DNA from: Alphaproteobacteria bacterium
GTDB taxonomy: Bacteria > Pseudomonadota > Alphaproteobacteria > MPNO01 > UBA830
NCBI GenBank assembly: GCA_965214975.1
Contig: OZ244055.1
Span: 598,994-662,993 of the forward strand
Direction of reading: 5' to 3'
DNA: 64,000 nt
The position numbers and the translations under genes were made by a program. Below, piece by piece: positions 11,840 through 20,392 of this stretch. Within the stretch, counting starts at the first letter, position 1, and every line of letters begins with the position of its first letter. The notes under the pieces are model-generated. The model worked only from the letters and a program-made list of their open reading frames with translations, was not told where the DNA came from and searched no databases.

Positions 11840-14215
11840 CTACGCTTCCGCGGCGTCGCGCTCGGCCACCAGCCGGAAGATGCGTTCGGGCGTGGCCGGA
11901 AGCGTCGTGATCTCGAGGCCAAGCGCGTCGGACACCGCGTTCGCGACGCAGGCGGGCGCGCCGATGGTGCCGCCCTCGCCGAGGCCGCGGAAGCCGCCGA
12001 GCGTGTCCGGCAGTTCGGCCTCGACGTGGAAGACCCCGATCTCGGGAACCTCGGACGCCGACGGCACGACGTAGTCGACCAGACTCGCGGTCAGAAGCTG
12101 GCCGTCCTCGTCGTGCACCACCTCTTCCAGGAGCGCGACCCCGATGCCCTGGGCGACGCCGCCATGCGCCTGCCCGTCGGCGATCAGCGGGTTGATGATC
12201 CGGCCGCAGTCCTCGGCGACCACGTAGCGCCGGACCGCGACCTGGTAGGTCTCGGGATCCATCTCGATCAGGCACATGTGCGTCGCCGACGTGGTGGTGC
12301 CCAGAAACGGGTCGTAGACGCGGGTGGCCTCCAGGTTGTCGATCTCGTCGCGCAGTTCCTTGGGCACGCGCCCCATGTCGGAATAGAGCGCGCGGGCGAG
12401 ATCCCGGATGCGCATCGACCGGTCGGTGCCCTTGACCCAGACGTCGCCGTCCCCGGTCTCGAGATCCTCCTCCCCGGCCTCCAGAAGATGGCTGGCGACG
12501 CGGAGGATCTTCTCGCGCACCGTCTGCGCGGCGAGCGTTCCGGCGCCCGCGCCGAACACCGCCGCGCGGCTCGCGTAGGTGCCGGTGGTGTGGCTGACCG
12601 CGGCGGTGTCGCCGAGCACGACGTCGACGTCCTCGACCCGCACGCCGAGAGTCTCGGCAACGACCTGGGCGAGCGTGGTCTCGACGCCCTGGCCCTGGCT
12701 CGTGAGCCCGAAGCTCGCCGTGACCGCGCCGGTGGAATCGACGGCCACGGTCGCGGTTTCCGTTCCGGTGTTGATCGGCATGCCGGGAGCGACCGCGATG
12801 CGCGAGCCGACGCCGGTGAGCTCGGCGTAGCAGGCGACGCCGATTCCCGCCCATCTGCCTTCGGCGCGGGCGGCGTCGCGTTCCCGGACCAGCGCGTCGT
12901 AGCCGATCTCGTCCGCGGCCCGCTGCAGGCAGGCCTGGAAGGCCGCCTTGTCCCACACCAGGCCCGACGCCGCCTTGTAGGGAAACTTCTCGACGAGATT
13001 GCGGCGCCGCATCTCGACCGGATCGAGGCCGAGCCTGCGCGCCGCCATGTCCGTCAGCCGTTCCATCACGAACGCGGAGATCGGCCGTCCGACGCCGCGG
13101 TAGGCGGCGCCGAGGGTCTTGTTGGTGGCGACCGAGCGGACCCGCGCCGCGTAGTTGGCGATCCGGTACGGCCCCGGAAGGAAGCTCACCACCTGGACCG
13201 GTTCCATGGAGGCCGTCCAGGGGTAGATCGAGTAGGCGCCGACGTCGCCGACGACGTCGGCCCTGAGGCCCAGGATCCCGCCGTCCGCGGAGACCGCGAG
13301 CTCGGCGTCCACGATCTCGTCGAAGGCATGGCCCGTCGTCATCAGGTCTTCCATGCGGTCGCTGACCCACTTGACCGGACGGCCGAGGTCGCGGGAGGCG
13401 GCGCAGACGACGATCTCTTCCGAATAGAGGGAGGTCTTGGCGCCGAAGCCGCCGCCGACGTCGGGGGCGACGACCCGGACGCGCGGTCCGGGAAGGTCGA
13501 ACAGCTCGCACAGCTTGTCGCGGACGATCCCGGGAATCTGCGTCGTGCTGTGGAGCGTCAGCGTGCGCGTTCCGGGCTCGTGCTCCGCCACGGCGGCGCG
13601 CGCCTCCACGGTCATCGGGGTCGTCCGCGTGAAACGGAACCTCGCCCCGACCACGGCATGGGCGGACGCGAAGGCCTCCTCGACCTCGCCGCGGGCGAAG
13701 GCGCGTTCGGCGAGCACGTTGGACTCGAGATCGTCGTGGAGCCTGGGGGCGCCTTCCTCCGCCGACCGTTCGGGGTCGACGAGCGCCGGCAGGGGCGCGA
13801 GGTCGACCGCGATCCGGGCCGCGGCGTCTTCCGCGAGATAGCGGCTCTCGGCGACGACGGCGGCAACCGCCTCGCCGACGTAGCGGACCTTGCCGACGGC
13901 GACCGGGGGGATGAAGGTCGCCTGGTAGTTCTTCATCCGCGACGTCGCCCGGTACGGCCGGACGAGGCGGCCGATGTCCTCGCCCGCGTAGACCGCGACC
14001 ACGCCCGGGGAGGCGGCGGCCTCCGCCACGTCCACGCCGCGGATCCGGGCATGGGCCCGGTCGCTCCGCCGGAAGGCGACGTGCAGCATGCCGTGGCGCT
14101 TGATGTCGGCGACGTAGCTGCCGGCCCCGGCGAGAAGCCGGGGATCCTCCTTGCGGGTCACCCGCGCCCCGACGAACCGCGGCCGGACGAGGGCGGCGCC
14201 GTCGGACGGCGTCAT
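11840..14215 (-). CDS. Molybdopterin-binding large subunit of a xanthine dehydrogenase / aerobic CO-dehydrogenase family hydroxylase (CoxL-like, AYRGVGR-type).
   Basis: MTPSDGAALVRPRFVGARVTRKEDPRLL...GGGFGAK...AAYRGVGRP... is a full-length 791-aa aldehyde oxidase / XDH a/b hammerhead plus MoCo domain. Its ATG overlaps the coxS-like stop (ATGA). Confidence 0.85.
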   Translation of the reverse strand: MTPSDGAALVRPRFVGARVTRKEDPRLLAGAGSYVADIKRHGMLHVAFRRSDRAHARIRGVDVAEAAASPGVVAVYAGEDIGRLVRPYRATSRMKNYQATFIPPVAVGKVRYVGEAVAAVVAESRYLAEDAAARIAVDLAPLPALVDPERSAEEGAPRLHDDLESNVLAERAFARGEVEEAFASAHAVVGARFRFTRTTPMTVEARAAVAEHEPGTRTLTLHSTTQIPGIVRDKLCELFDLPGPRVRVVAPDVGGGFGAKTSLYSEEIVVCAASRDLGRPVKWVSDRMEDLMTTGHAFDEIVDAELAVSADGGILGLRADVVGDVGAYSIYPWTASMEPVQVVSFLPGPYRIANYAARVRSVATNKTLGAAYRGVGRPISAFVMERLTDMAARRLGLDPVEMRRRNLVEKFPYKAASGLVWDKAAFQACLQRAADEIGYDALVRERDAARAEGRWAGIGVACYAELTGVGSRIAVAPGMPINTGTETATVAVDSTGAVTASFGLTSQGQGVETTLAQVVAETLGVRVEDVDVVLGDTAAVSHTTGTYASRAAVFGAGAGTLAAQTVREKILRVASHLLEAGEEDLETGDGDVWVKGTDRSMRIRDLARALYSDMGRVPKELRDEIDNLEATRVYDPFLGTTTSATHMCLIEMDPETYQVAVRRYVVAEDCGRIINPLIADGQAHGGVAQGIGVALLEEVVHDEDGQLLTASLVDYVVPSASEVPEIGVFHVEAELPDTLGGFRGLGEGGTIGAPACVANAVSDALGLEITTLPATPERIFRLVAERDAAEA

Positions 14216-14691
14216 TTCCGTTCCCTCCGGCCGACGACCTCGCGGACGGCGCGGACGATGTGCCCGTAGCCGGTGCAGCGGCAGATGTTTCCCGAGATGC
14301 CGTCGCGGATCTCGTCGTCGGTGGCGAGCGGGTACTTGCGGAGCAGGTCGGTGACGGTCATCAGCATGCCCGGCGTGCAGAATCCGCATTGCAGCGCGTG
14401 GTGGGCGCGGAACGCCTCCTGCAGCTCGCCGAGCGAATCGACGCTTCCCAGGCTCTCGACGGTCTCGACCTCGGCGCCGTCGGCCTGCACGGCAAGCGTC
14501 AGGCAGGAGCGCACGCTGTCGCCGTTCATCAGGACGGTGCAGGCGCCGCAGACCCCGTGCTCGCAGCCGACATGGGTTCCCGTGAGATCGAGATTCTCGC
14601 GGAGGAAATCCGCCAGCAGCAGGCGCGGCTCGACCTCGGCGGCATGGCGCGCGCCGTTGACGGTGACCGCGACGGGCATCCTCGCGGTCAC
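14212..14691 (-). CDS. (2Fe-2S)-binding small subunit of the molybdenum hydroxylase (CoxS-like).
   Basis: GCEHGVCGACTVLMNG...CGFCTPGM...CRCTGY carries both 2Fe-2S motifs; the product is 159 aa. Confidence 0.9.
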   Translation of the reverse strand: MTARMPVAVTVNGARHAAEVEPRLLLADFLRENLDLTGTHVGCEHGVCGACTVLMNGDSVRSCLTLAVQADGAEVETVESLGSVDSLGELQEAFRAHHALQCGFCTPGMLMTVTDLLRKYPLATDDEIRDGISGNICRCTGYGHIVRAVREVVGRRERK

Positions 14692-15560
14692 GGCGCCGTC
14701 TCCCCGCGGGCCCGCTCGACGGCCGCCCCGAGGGCGCGGCGCGCCAGAACCTCCGCGAGATGGCGCCGGTAGTCGGCCGAGCCGTGAAGGTCGTCCATGG
14801 GTTCCGCGGCGTCCCGCGCGGCGGCGGCGGCGGCGGCGACCGCGTCCGGCTCCGGCGGGTTGCCGGCGAGGAGTCTCTCGGCCTCCGCCGCCCTGAGCGG
14901 CGTGCCGTGGACGCCGAGCAGCGCGAGCCGGGCCATCGACACCGAGCCGCCGTCGAGCGCGACCAGGGCCGCCGCGCCCGCGACCGCGAAGTCGCCCCGC
15001 CGCCGCGCGACCTCCTCGAAGCCCCAGCCGGTGCCCGGCGGCAGGCCCGGCAAGGTCACCGACACCGCCATCTCGTCGTCGCCGAGCGCGTTCGCCAGAG
15101 GGCCGGCGAAGAACCCGCCGGCCTCGAGCGCGCGTCCGCCCGAGGGGCTCGCGGTCTCGATCACGGCGTCGAGGAGAACCGACATGGCCGGCAGTTCGGC
15201 CGCGGGGTCGGCGTGGCAGAGACTGCCGCCGAAGGTGCCCCGGTTGCGGACGGCGAGATGGGCGACGTGGCGCATCGCGGCGGCGACCACCGGAAACCGC
15301 TCGCGGACCGCGTCCGACGTCTCGACCCGGTGATGGCGGGCGAGCGCGCCGATGCGCAGCCCGCCGCCCTCCTCGGCGATGCCGTCGAGCCCCTCGATGC
15401 CGTTGACGTCGACGAAGGTCGCCGCGTCGACGAGACGGAAGTTGAGCATCGGGACCAGGCTCTGGCCGCCGGCCAGGATCCGGGCGCCGCCCCCGGCAAG
15501 GGCGTCCACCGCGTCGCCGACCGTGGCGGCGCGGACGTAGTCGAACGGGGCGGGCTTCAT
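14688..15560 (-). CDS. FAD-binding medium subunit of the molybdenum hydroxylase (CoxM-like).
   Basis: MKPAPFDYVRAATVGDAVDAL...LAGGQSLVPMLNFRL...AVRNRGTFGGSLCHADPAAELPA is the FAD-binding PCMH domain. I chose the internal ATG at 15560, which has a spacing typical of operon genes. Confidence 0.8.
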   Translation of the reverse strand: MKPAPFDYVRAATVGDAVDALAGGGARILAGGQSLVPMLNFRLVDAATFVDVNGIEGLDGIAEEGGGLRIGALARHHRVETSDAVRERFPVVAAAMRHVAHLAVRNRGTFGGSLCHADPAAELPAMSVLLDAVIETASPSGGRALEAGGFFAGPLANALGDDEMAVSVTLPGLPPGTGWGFEEVARRRGDFAVAGAAALVALDGGSVSMARLALLGVHGTPLRAAEAERLLAGNPPEPDAVAAAAAAARDAAEPMDDLHGSADYRRHLAEVLARRALGAAVERARGETAP

Positions 15561-15573
15561 CGGAGGCGGAACG

Positions 15574-16506
15574 TCAGCCGCGCTGGATGCCGTCGTAGAG
15601 CAGCGCCTCGCCCATGCCTTCGGCAAGGCACCATTCGGCGAAGTTCTCCGGAGTCGTTTCCCAGCTCGCCGCCTCCCACTCGTCGTCGACCACGTCGGAA
15701 TCGAAGTCGTACTCCGCGCCGCCGCCGCAGGGGTTGTGGAAGTACCAGAAGTAGCACGACGAGATCGGGTGGCGGCCCGGCCCGAGCATGGTCTTCCAGC
15801 CCTGCCGGGTCATGCGGTTGCCGCCGCCGAACAGCTCGTGGATCGTGCCGAGCTCGAACGCCGCGTGGTGGAAGCCGCGCTTGCCGGAGCCGGGGTCGAG
15901 CAGGAAGAGGTTGTGGTGGTGGTGCGCGGCGCCGCACCGCGCGAAATACCCCCTTCCGGGATACATGTCCGTGACCTTGAAGCCGAGCCGGTCGACGTAG
16001 AACTCCTTCTGGGCCTCGAGCTCGTCGGTCACGTAGACGACATGGGAGATCTCAAGGGGCCGCGCCCTGTCGATTCTGCGGGCCCGCCTGTTCACGCGCG
16101 TCGCCCGGCCGGGCACGTTGATTTCCTGCTCGGGCGGCGCCACCGGGCGGTTCCGGGTGACGCGGAAGCCGAGGCCGAAGCCGAGCGGGTCGGCGGCGTG
16201 GAGGCCGCCCTCGCCGTCCCGGCGCACCTCGCGGTCCGCGGAAAGCGCCTCTTCCAGCGCGTCGAGGTCGCTTTCGGAGCGCACGCCGAACACGGTCTCG
16301 CGGAGCGTGGCGCCGGCGTCCTCGCCCACCGGCGGCGGGAGCGCGGGGTCGTCCGCCGGGCGCAGCTCGACCACGGCGCCGTTGGCGGCGGCGTAGGAGG
16401 GGAGGCCGCCTTCCGCGCGCTCGAGGCCGAAATCCTCCCAGAACCTCGCCCCCTCCGCAGGGTCGCGCACCCCGTAGACCAGCTTGTCGATTCCGGTGTG
16501 GTTCAT
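15574..16506 (-). CDS. Two-domain VOC-family extradiol ring-cleavage dioxygenase (catechol 2,3-dioxygenase-like).
   Basis: The 310-aa product has two glyoxalase/VOC modules; YFARCGAAHHHHNLFLL resembles the extradiol dioxygenase active-site segment. It is the first gene of the operon with coxMSL-like and the MFS gene. Confidence 0.7.
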   Translation of the reverse strand: MNHTGIDKLVYGVRDPAEGARFWEDFGLERAEGGLPSYAAANGAVVELRPADDPALPPPVGEDAGATLRETVFGVRSESDLDALEEALSADREVRRDGEGGLHAADPLGFGLGFRVTRNRPVAPPEQEINVPGRATRVNRRARRIDRARPLEISHVVYVTDELEAQKEFYVDRLGFKVTDMYPGRGYFARCGAAHHHHNLFLLDPGSGKRGFHHAAFELGTIHELFGGGNRMTRQGWKTMLGPGRHPISSCYFWYFHNPCGGGAEYDFDSDVVDDEWEAASWETTPENFAEWCLAEGMGEALLYDGIQRG

Positions 16507-16583
16507 GCCGGTTCCTCCTCTTCCGCCCCGGGCGCCAACCTACCGCGTCGGCGCCCGGGATCCAACGGCCGGCGGGCCGGAGG

Positions 16584-18092
16584 TCACCACAGCGCGGCGA
16601 TGCCGGCGGCGACGGCGGCGGCGCCCGCGATCCACCATGCGCCGCCGCGCCCGGCACGGCGTTCCTCCGGCCCTGCCGGCGGGGTGCGGGCGGGGGTCCG
16701 GCCGGCGTCGCCGGCCGCCGCGCGCTCGAGCCGGGCCGGGAAGCGCTCGAGAGCGTCGAGGAGGCCGTCGACGGTCTCGCGCATGCGCGCCTCCGGCGCG
16801 GTCGCGGAGCGCATCCACGAATCGACGAGCGGCCGCGCGAGCTCCCACATGTTGACCCCCGGGCACAGGCTCCGCCCGACCCCCTCGGCCACGAGCATCG
16901 TCTTCTGCAGGAGCAGGAGCTGGGGCTGGGTCTGCATGTCGAACCGGCGCGTGACGGCGAACAGCTGGCTGAGCAGGCGGGCGAGCGAGATCTCCCCGAG
17001 CGGCAGGCCGAGGATCGGCTCGGCGATCGCCCGCGCGGCCTGCGCGAACTCGGCCGTCGAATGGTGCGCCGGCACGTAGCCGGCGCGCAGGTGGACCCGT
17101 GCGACGCGGTCGTAGTCTCCCGAGAGGAATCCGTGCAGCATCTCGGCGAGATACCGTCGCGTGGACGGGTCGAGCCGGCCCATGATCCCGAAATCCACCG
17201 CATGGACCGTGCCGTCGCCGTCGACGAACAGGTTGCCGGGATGCAGGTCGGCGTGGAAGAAGCCGTCGCGGAACACCTGCAGGAAGAACGTCTGGGCGAG
17301 GCCGGCGACGATCGCCTCGCGGTCGGCGTCCTCGCCGAGCCGGTCGATCGGCGCGGCGTCGATCCAGCGCATGGTGAGCACCCTCCGCCCCGTGCGCTGC
17401 CAGTCGATCGCCGGGACAGAGAAACGCGGCTCGTCGGCGAGGTTGGCCCGAAGCTCGTCGGCCGCGGCCCCCTCGAGGCGGAGGTCGGTCTCCATCTCGA
17501 CCGACCGGGCGATGGTGCGCACGCACTCCACGGGACGCAGGCGACGGGACGCGGGAAGATGGCGCTCGACCAGGCGGGCGAACCAGAGGGCGAGATCGAT
17601 GTCGCGCGCGAACGCCTCCTCGATCCCGGGTCGGAGGATCTTGACCGCGACGTCGGTTCCGTCCGCGGCCGTCGCGCGGTGGACCTGCGCGATCGACGCC
17701 GCCGCGACGGCCTCGTCCCCGAATTCCGCGAACAGCTCTCCGGCCGGCCGGCCGAACTCCCTCTCGATGACGGCGCGCGCCCCGGCGCCCGGGAAGGACG
17801 GCATCTCGTCCTGCAGCGCCGCGAGATCGTCGGCGATGCGCTCGCCCACGAGGTCCGGACGGACCGACAGCGCCTGGCCGATCTTCACGAAACCCGGGCC
17901 GAGCGCCGTCAGGGCCATGCCCAGCCGTTCGCCCGGGCGTCTTCCGGCGACGCCGCGGACGGGCGGAGCGAGCAGCGCCCATGCCGCCGCGCGCAGGAGC
18001 GCGCCCGGCGCGCCGAGCCGCTCGAGCGCGAACGCGGCGTCGTGCCGGGCCAGGGCGCGGAAGACCGCGACCGTCCGCATCAGCTGTCTCAT
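16584..18092 (-). CDS. ubiB: Ubiquinone biosynthesis protein kinase UbiB (AarF/ABC1 family).
   Basis: ASIAQVHRA...VAVKILRPG...HADLHPGNLFV is ABC1 kinase-like; 502 aa, immediately downstream of ubiE. Confidence 0.9.
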   Translation of the reverse strand: MRQLMRTVAVFRALARHDAAFALERLGAPGALLRAAAWALLAPPVRGVAGRRPGERLGMALTALGPGFVKIGQALSVRPDLVGERIADDLAALQDEMPSFPGAGARAVIEREFGRPAGELFAEFGDEAVAAASIAQVHRATAADGTDVAVKILRPGIEEAFARDIDLALWFARLVERHLPASRRLRPVECVRTIARSVEMETDLRLEGAAADELRANLADEPRFSVPAIDWQRTGRRVLTMRWIDAAPIDRLGEDADREAIVAGLAQTFFLQVFRDGFFHADLHPGNLFVDGDGTVHAVDFGIMGRLDPSTRRYLAEMLHGFLSGDYDRVARVHLRAGYVPAHHSTAEFAQAARAIAEPILGLPLGEISLARLLSQLFAVTRRFDMQTQPQLLLLQKTMLVAEGVGRSLCPGVNMWELARPLVDSWMRSATAPEARMRETVDGLLDALERFPARLERAAAGDAGRTPARTPPAGPEERRAGRGGAWWIAGAAAVAAGIAALW

Positions 18093-18141
18093 CGGGCGGC
18101 CCCTCGGCGGCGTCCGCGGGGCGGCGGCGCGCCCGCCGGGC

Positions 18142-18882
18142 CTAGGTCACGCGCCATGCGGAGTGGATGCGGACGATGCCGCCCGAAAGCGGCATGTGGG
18201 TGACGTTGCCGAACCCGGCGTCGCGGAGATCGGCGGCCAGACGCTCCGGTCCCGGAAACGCGCGGACGCTTTCCGCGAGATAGCGGTAGGCGTCGCGGTC
18301 GCCGGCGACGAGGCCGCCGAGTCTCGGCAGCGCGCCGAAGCTGTAGGCGTCGTAGAGCGGCTTGAGAAGCGGCAGCACGGAAGGGCTGAACTCGAGGCAG
18401 AGGAAGTGTCCGCCGACGACCAGGACGCGCCGCGTCTCCGAGAGCGCGTCCGTCCGTCCGGCCACGTTGCGCAGCCCGAAGGAGATGGTGCAGACGTCGG
18501 CGCAGCGGTCGCCGAGCGGCAGGGCCCGCGCGTCGCCGCAGACCCGCGGCGGGCCGTGGAGAACGCCCCGGTCGAGGCGGCGGTCGGCGCCTGTCCGGAG
18601 CATGCGCTCGTTGACGTCGCACAGCACGGCCTCGCCGCCGCGGGCCATGAACGCCGAGGCGACGTCGCCGGTTCCGCCCGCGACGTCGATCAGCCGCCTG
18701 CCGGCGCGGGGGTCGGCGCGGTCGACGAGCACCGACTTCCAGAACCGGTGGAGACCTCCCGACATCAGGTCGTTCATGAGGTCGTAGCGGTCCGCCACGC
18801 TGTCGAACACGCGCCCGACGAGGCCGGCATGCTCCGCCCGGGACACCTCGCGGAATCCGAAACGCGCGCGATCTTCCTCCAT
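18142..18882 (-). CDS. ubiE: Ubiquinone/menaquinone biosynthesis C-methyltransferase UbiE.
   Basis: MEEDRARFGFREV...VFDSVADRYDLMNDLMSGGLHRFWK...LIDVAGGTGD is a UbiE signature. I used the ATG at 18882; the ORF-track N-terminal extension is junk. Confidence 0.85.
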   Translation of the reverse strand: MEEDRARFGFREVSRAEHAGLVGRVFDSVADRYDLMNDLMSGGLHRFWKSVLVDRADPRAGRRLIDVAGGTGDVASAFMARGGEAVLCDVNERMLRTGADRRLDRGVLHGPPRVCGDARALPLGDRCADVCTISFGLRNVAGRTDALSETRRVLVVGGHFLCLEFSPSVLPLLKPLYDAYSFGALPRLGGLVAGDRDAYRYLAESVRAFPGPERLAADLRDAGFGNVTHMPLSGGIVRIHSAWRVT

Positions 18883-19157
18883 GCCGGCGAGGATAGCGCG
18901 GGAGGCGTTCTGCGGCCAGCCCGGAGTTCCCGCGCGGCCGGCGCGCGCGGGAATCCGGAAACCGTCATGTTCCGTGGAATCAACAGGCTGCGGAACGCGG
19001 GGCGGAACGCCTTCCGGCCGCGGCCCGCCGCCGGCGGCGTTCGCGGGAGGCGGCGACCGGCCCGCCAGGCCGGCCTCCGGCCGCATCCGGCCCGAAAACC
19101 TGCTACTCTCCCGCCGGTCGGACGAGCGAACGCGGGACAGGCCGGCGGGGTTGGCGC

Positions 19158-19991
19158 ATGCCCGAACTTCCCGAGGTGGAGACGGTCCGGAGGGGGCTGG
19201 CGGCGGTTCTCGAGGGCCGCCGGATCGAGAGCGTGGAGGTGCGCCGCCGCGATCTCAGGGTTCCGGTCCCGGAAGACTTCGCCGAGCGGCTTCGCGGGCG
19301 GACGCTGACCAGCCTCGGCCGGCGCGCCAAGTACCTCGTGGGCCGGTTCGACGACGACACCGTGCTGCTCGCCCATCTCGGCATGTCCGGCCGCATGCTC
19401 GTCGACCGGACGGGCGAGGGGGCCCGGGGCGGCCATGCCGCCCACGTGCATGTCGTCCTGGAGGCCGGAAACGGCACCACGGTCCGGTTCTCCGATCCGC
19501 GGCGTTTCGGCCTGATGACGCTCACCGACCGTTCCGGGCTTCCGGATCATCCGCTGCTTCGCGGTCTCGGGCCGGAACCTCTGTCGGAGAGCTTCACCGG
19601 GCCCGTGCTGGCGGCCCGGCTCGACGGCCGGCGGAGTTCGGTCAAGGCGGCCCTGCTCGACCAGAAGGTCGTGGCCGGCGTCGGCAACATCTACGCCTGC
19701 GAGGCGTTGCACGTCGCCGGGCTGTCGCCGCGCCGCAGGGCGGCGGGCGTGCGCGGGCGGCGCGCGGACCGTCTGGCGGGCGCCGTCCGCTCCGTTCTGG
19801 AGGACGCGATCGCGGCCGGAGGGTCGTCGCTTCGCGACCACGTGGCGCCGGACGGCGAGCTCGGCTATTTTCAGCACAACTTCAGGGTCTACGGCCGTGA
19901 CGGAAAACCATGCCCCGGCTGCGGCGCCGGCGTCAGGCGCATCACGCAGAGCGGGCGTTCGACGTACCACTGCCCGGCGTGCCAGAGATAG
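19158..19991 (+). CDS. mutM: Formamidopyrimidine-DNA glycosylase.
   Basis: MPELPEVETVRRGL (catalytic Pro2/Glu3), KYLVG..., and a C-terminal zinc finger CPGCG...YHCPACQ. It is divergent from ubiE. Confidence 0.9.
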   Translation: MPELPEVETVRRGLAAVLEGRRIESVEVRRRDLRVPVPEDFAERLRGRTLTSLGRRAKYLVGRFDDDTVLLAHLGMSGRMLVDRTGEGARGGHAAHVHVVLEAGNGTTVRFSDPRRFGLMTLTDRSGLPDHPLLRGLGPEPLSESFTGPVLAARLDGRRSSVKAALLDQKVVAGVGNIYACEALHVAGLSPRRRAAGVRGRRADRLAGAVRSVLEDAIAAGGSSLRDHVAPDGELGYFQHNFRVYGRDGKPCPGCGAGVRRITQSGRSTYHCPACQR

Positions 19992-20358
19992 CCTCGCGGG
20001 GCGGCGGCTCGCGCCGTTCGCGGCGGTCGTCGCGCTGTCGCTGCACGCGTCCCCCGCCCCGGCGCAGACCGTCTTCTTCTCGATGATCGACGATCTCCCC
20101 GTGGCCGAGGGGCTTGCCGAGGATCCGGAGAGGGGGTTCGAGTTCGACAGCGTTCACGGCAGCATCGTCACCGCATGCGCGGGCGGCCGCGTCTCGACCG
20201 CCGACGTCCGCCGTTTCTACAGGCGGGTTCTGCCGGCTCTGGGGTGGCAGCCGCGGGGCGGGGGTTACGGACGCGACGAGGAGCGCCTGGCCATGAGCGT
20301 CGAGAGCCGCGGCGGGCTGGTGACGGCCTGCTTTCGCCTGTCCGCCGGACCGTCGTGA
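19897..20358 (+). CDS. Hypothetical secreted protein; start uncertain.
   Basis: The ORF starts at GTG inside the mutM 3' end. It encodes a signal-peptide-like stretch RRLAPFAAVVALSLHASPAPAQ followed by a small non-repetitive domain. No ATG/GTG/TTG lies between the mutM stop and the hydrophobic segment, so either it overlaps mutM by ~95 nt or the true product is shorter, starting at MIDDLP (~20083). Confidence 0.3.
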   Translation: MTENHAPAAAPASGASRRAGVRRTTARRARDSLAGRRLAPFAAVVALSLHASPAPAQTVFFSMIDDLPVAEGLAEDPERGFEFDSVHGSIVTACAGGRVSTADVRRFYRRVLPALGWQPRGGGYGRDEERLAMSVESRGGLVTACFRLSAGPS

Positions 20359-20392
20359 CGGCCGGCCTCCCGCCGGCCGGAGGGGCGGCCGG

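Noticed and set aside
8881-11922. Very long ORFs in the track (for example 8881..11922 -, 28832..31834 -, 28921..32847 +, 60516..63467 +, 20168..21997 -, 24500..25999 -, 37416..39005 -).
   Set aside because: Their translations are dominated by R/P/G/A runs without motifs. They lie antisense to, or out of frame with, genes that have clear family signatures. This is typical of stop-codon-poor frames in 70% GC DNA.
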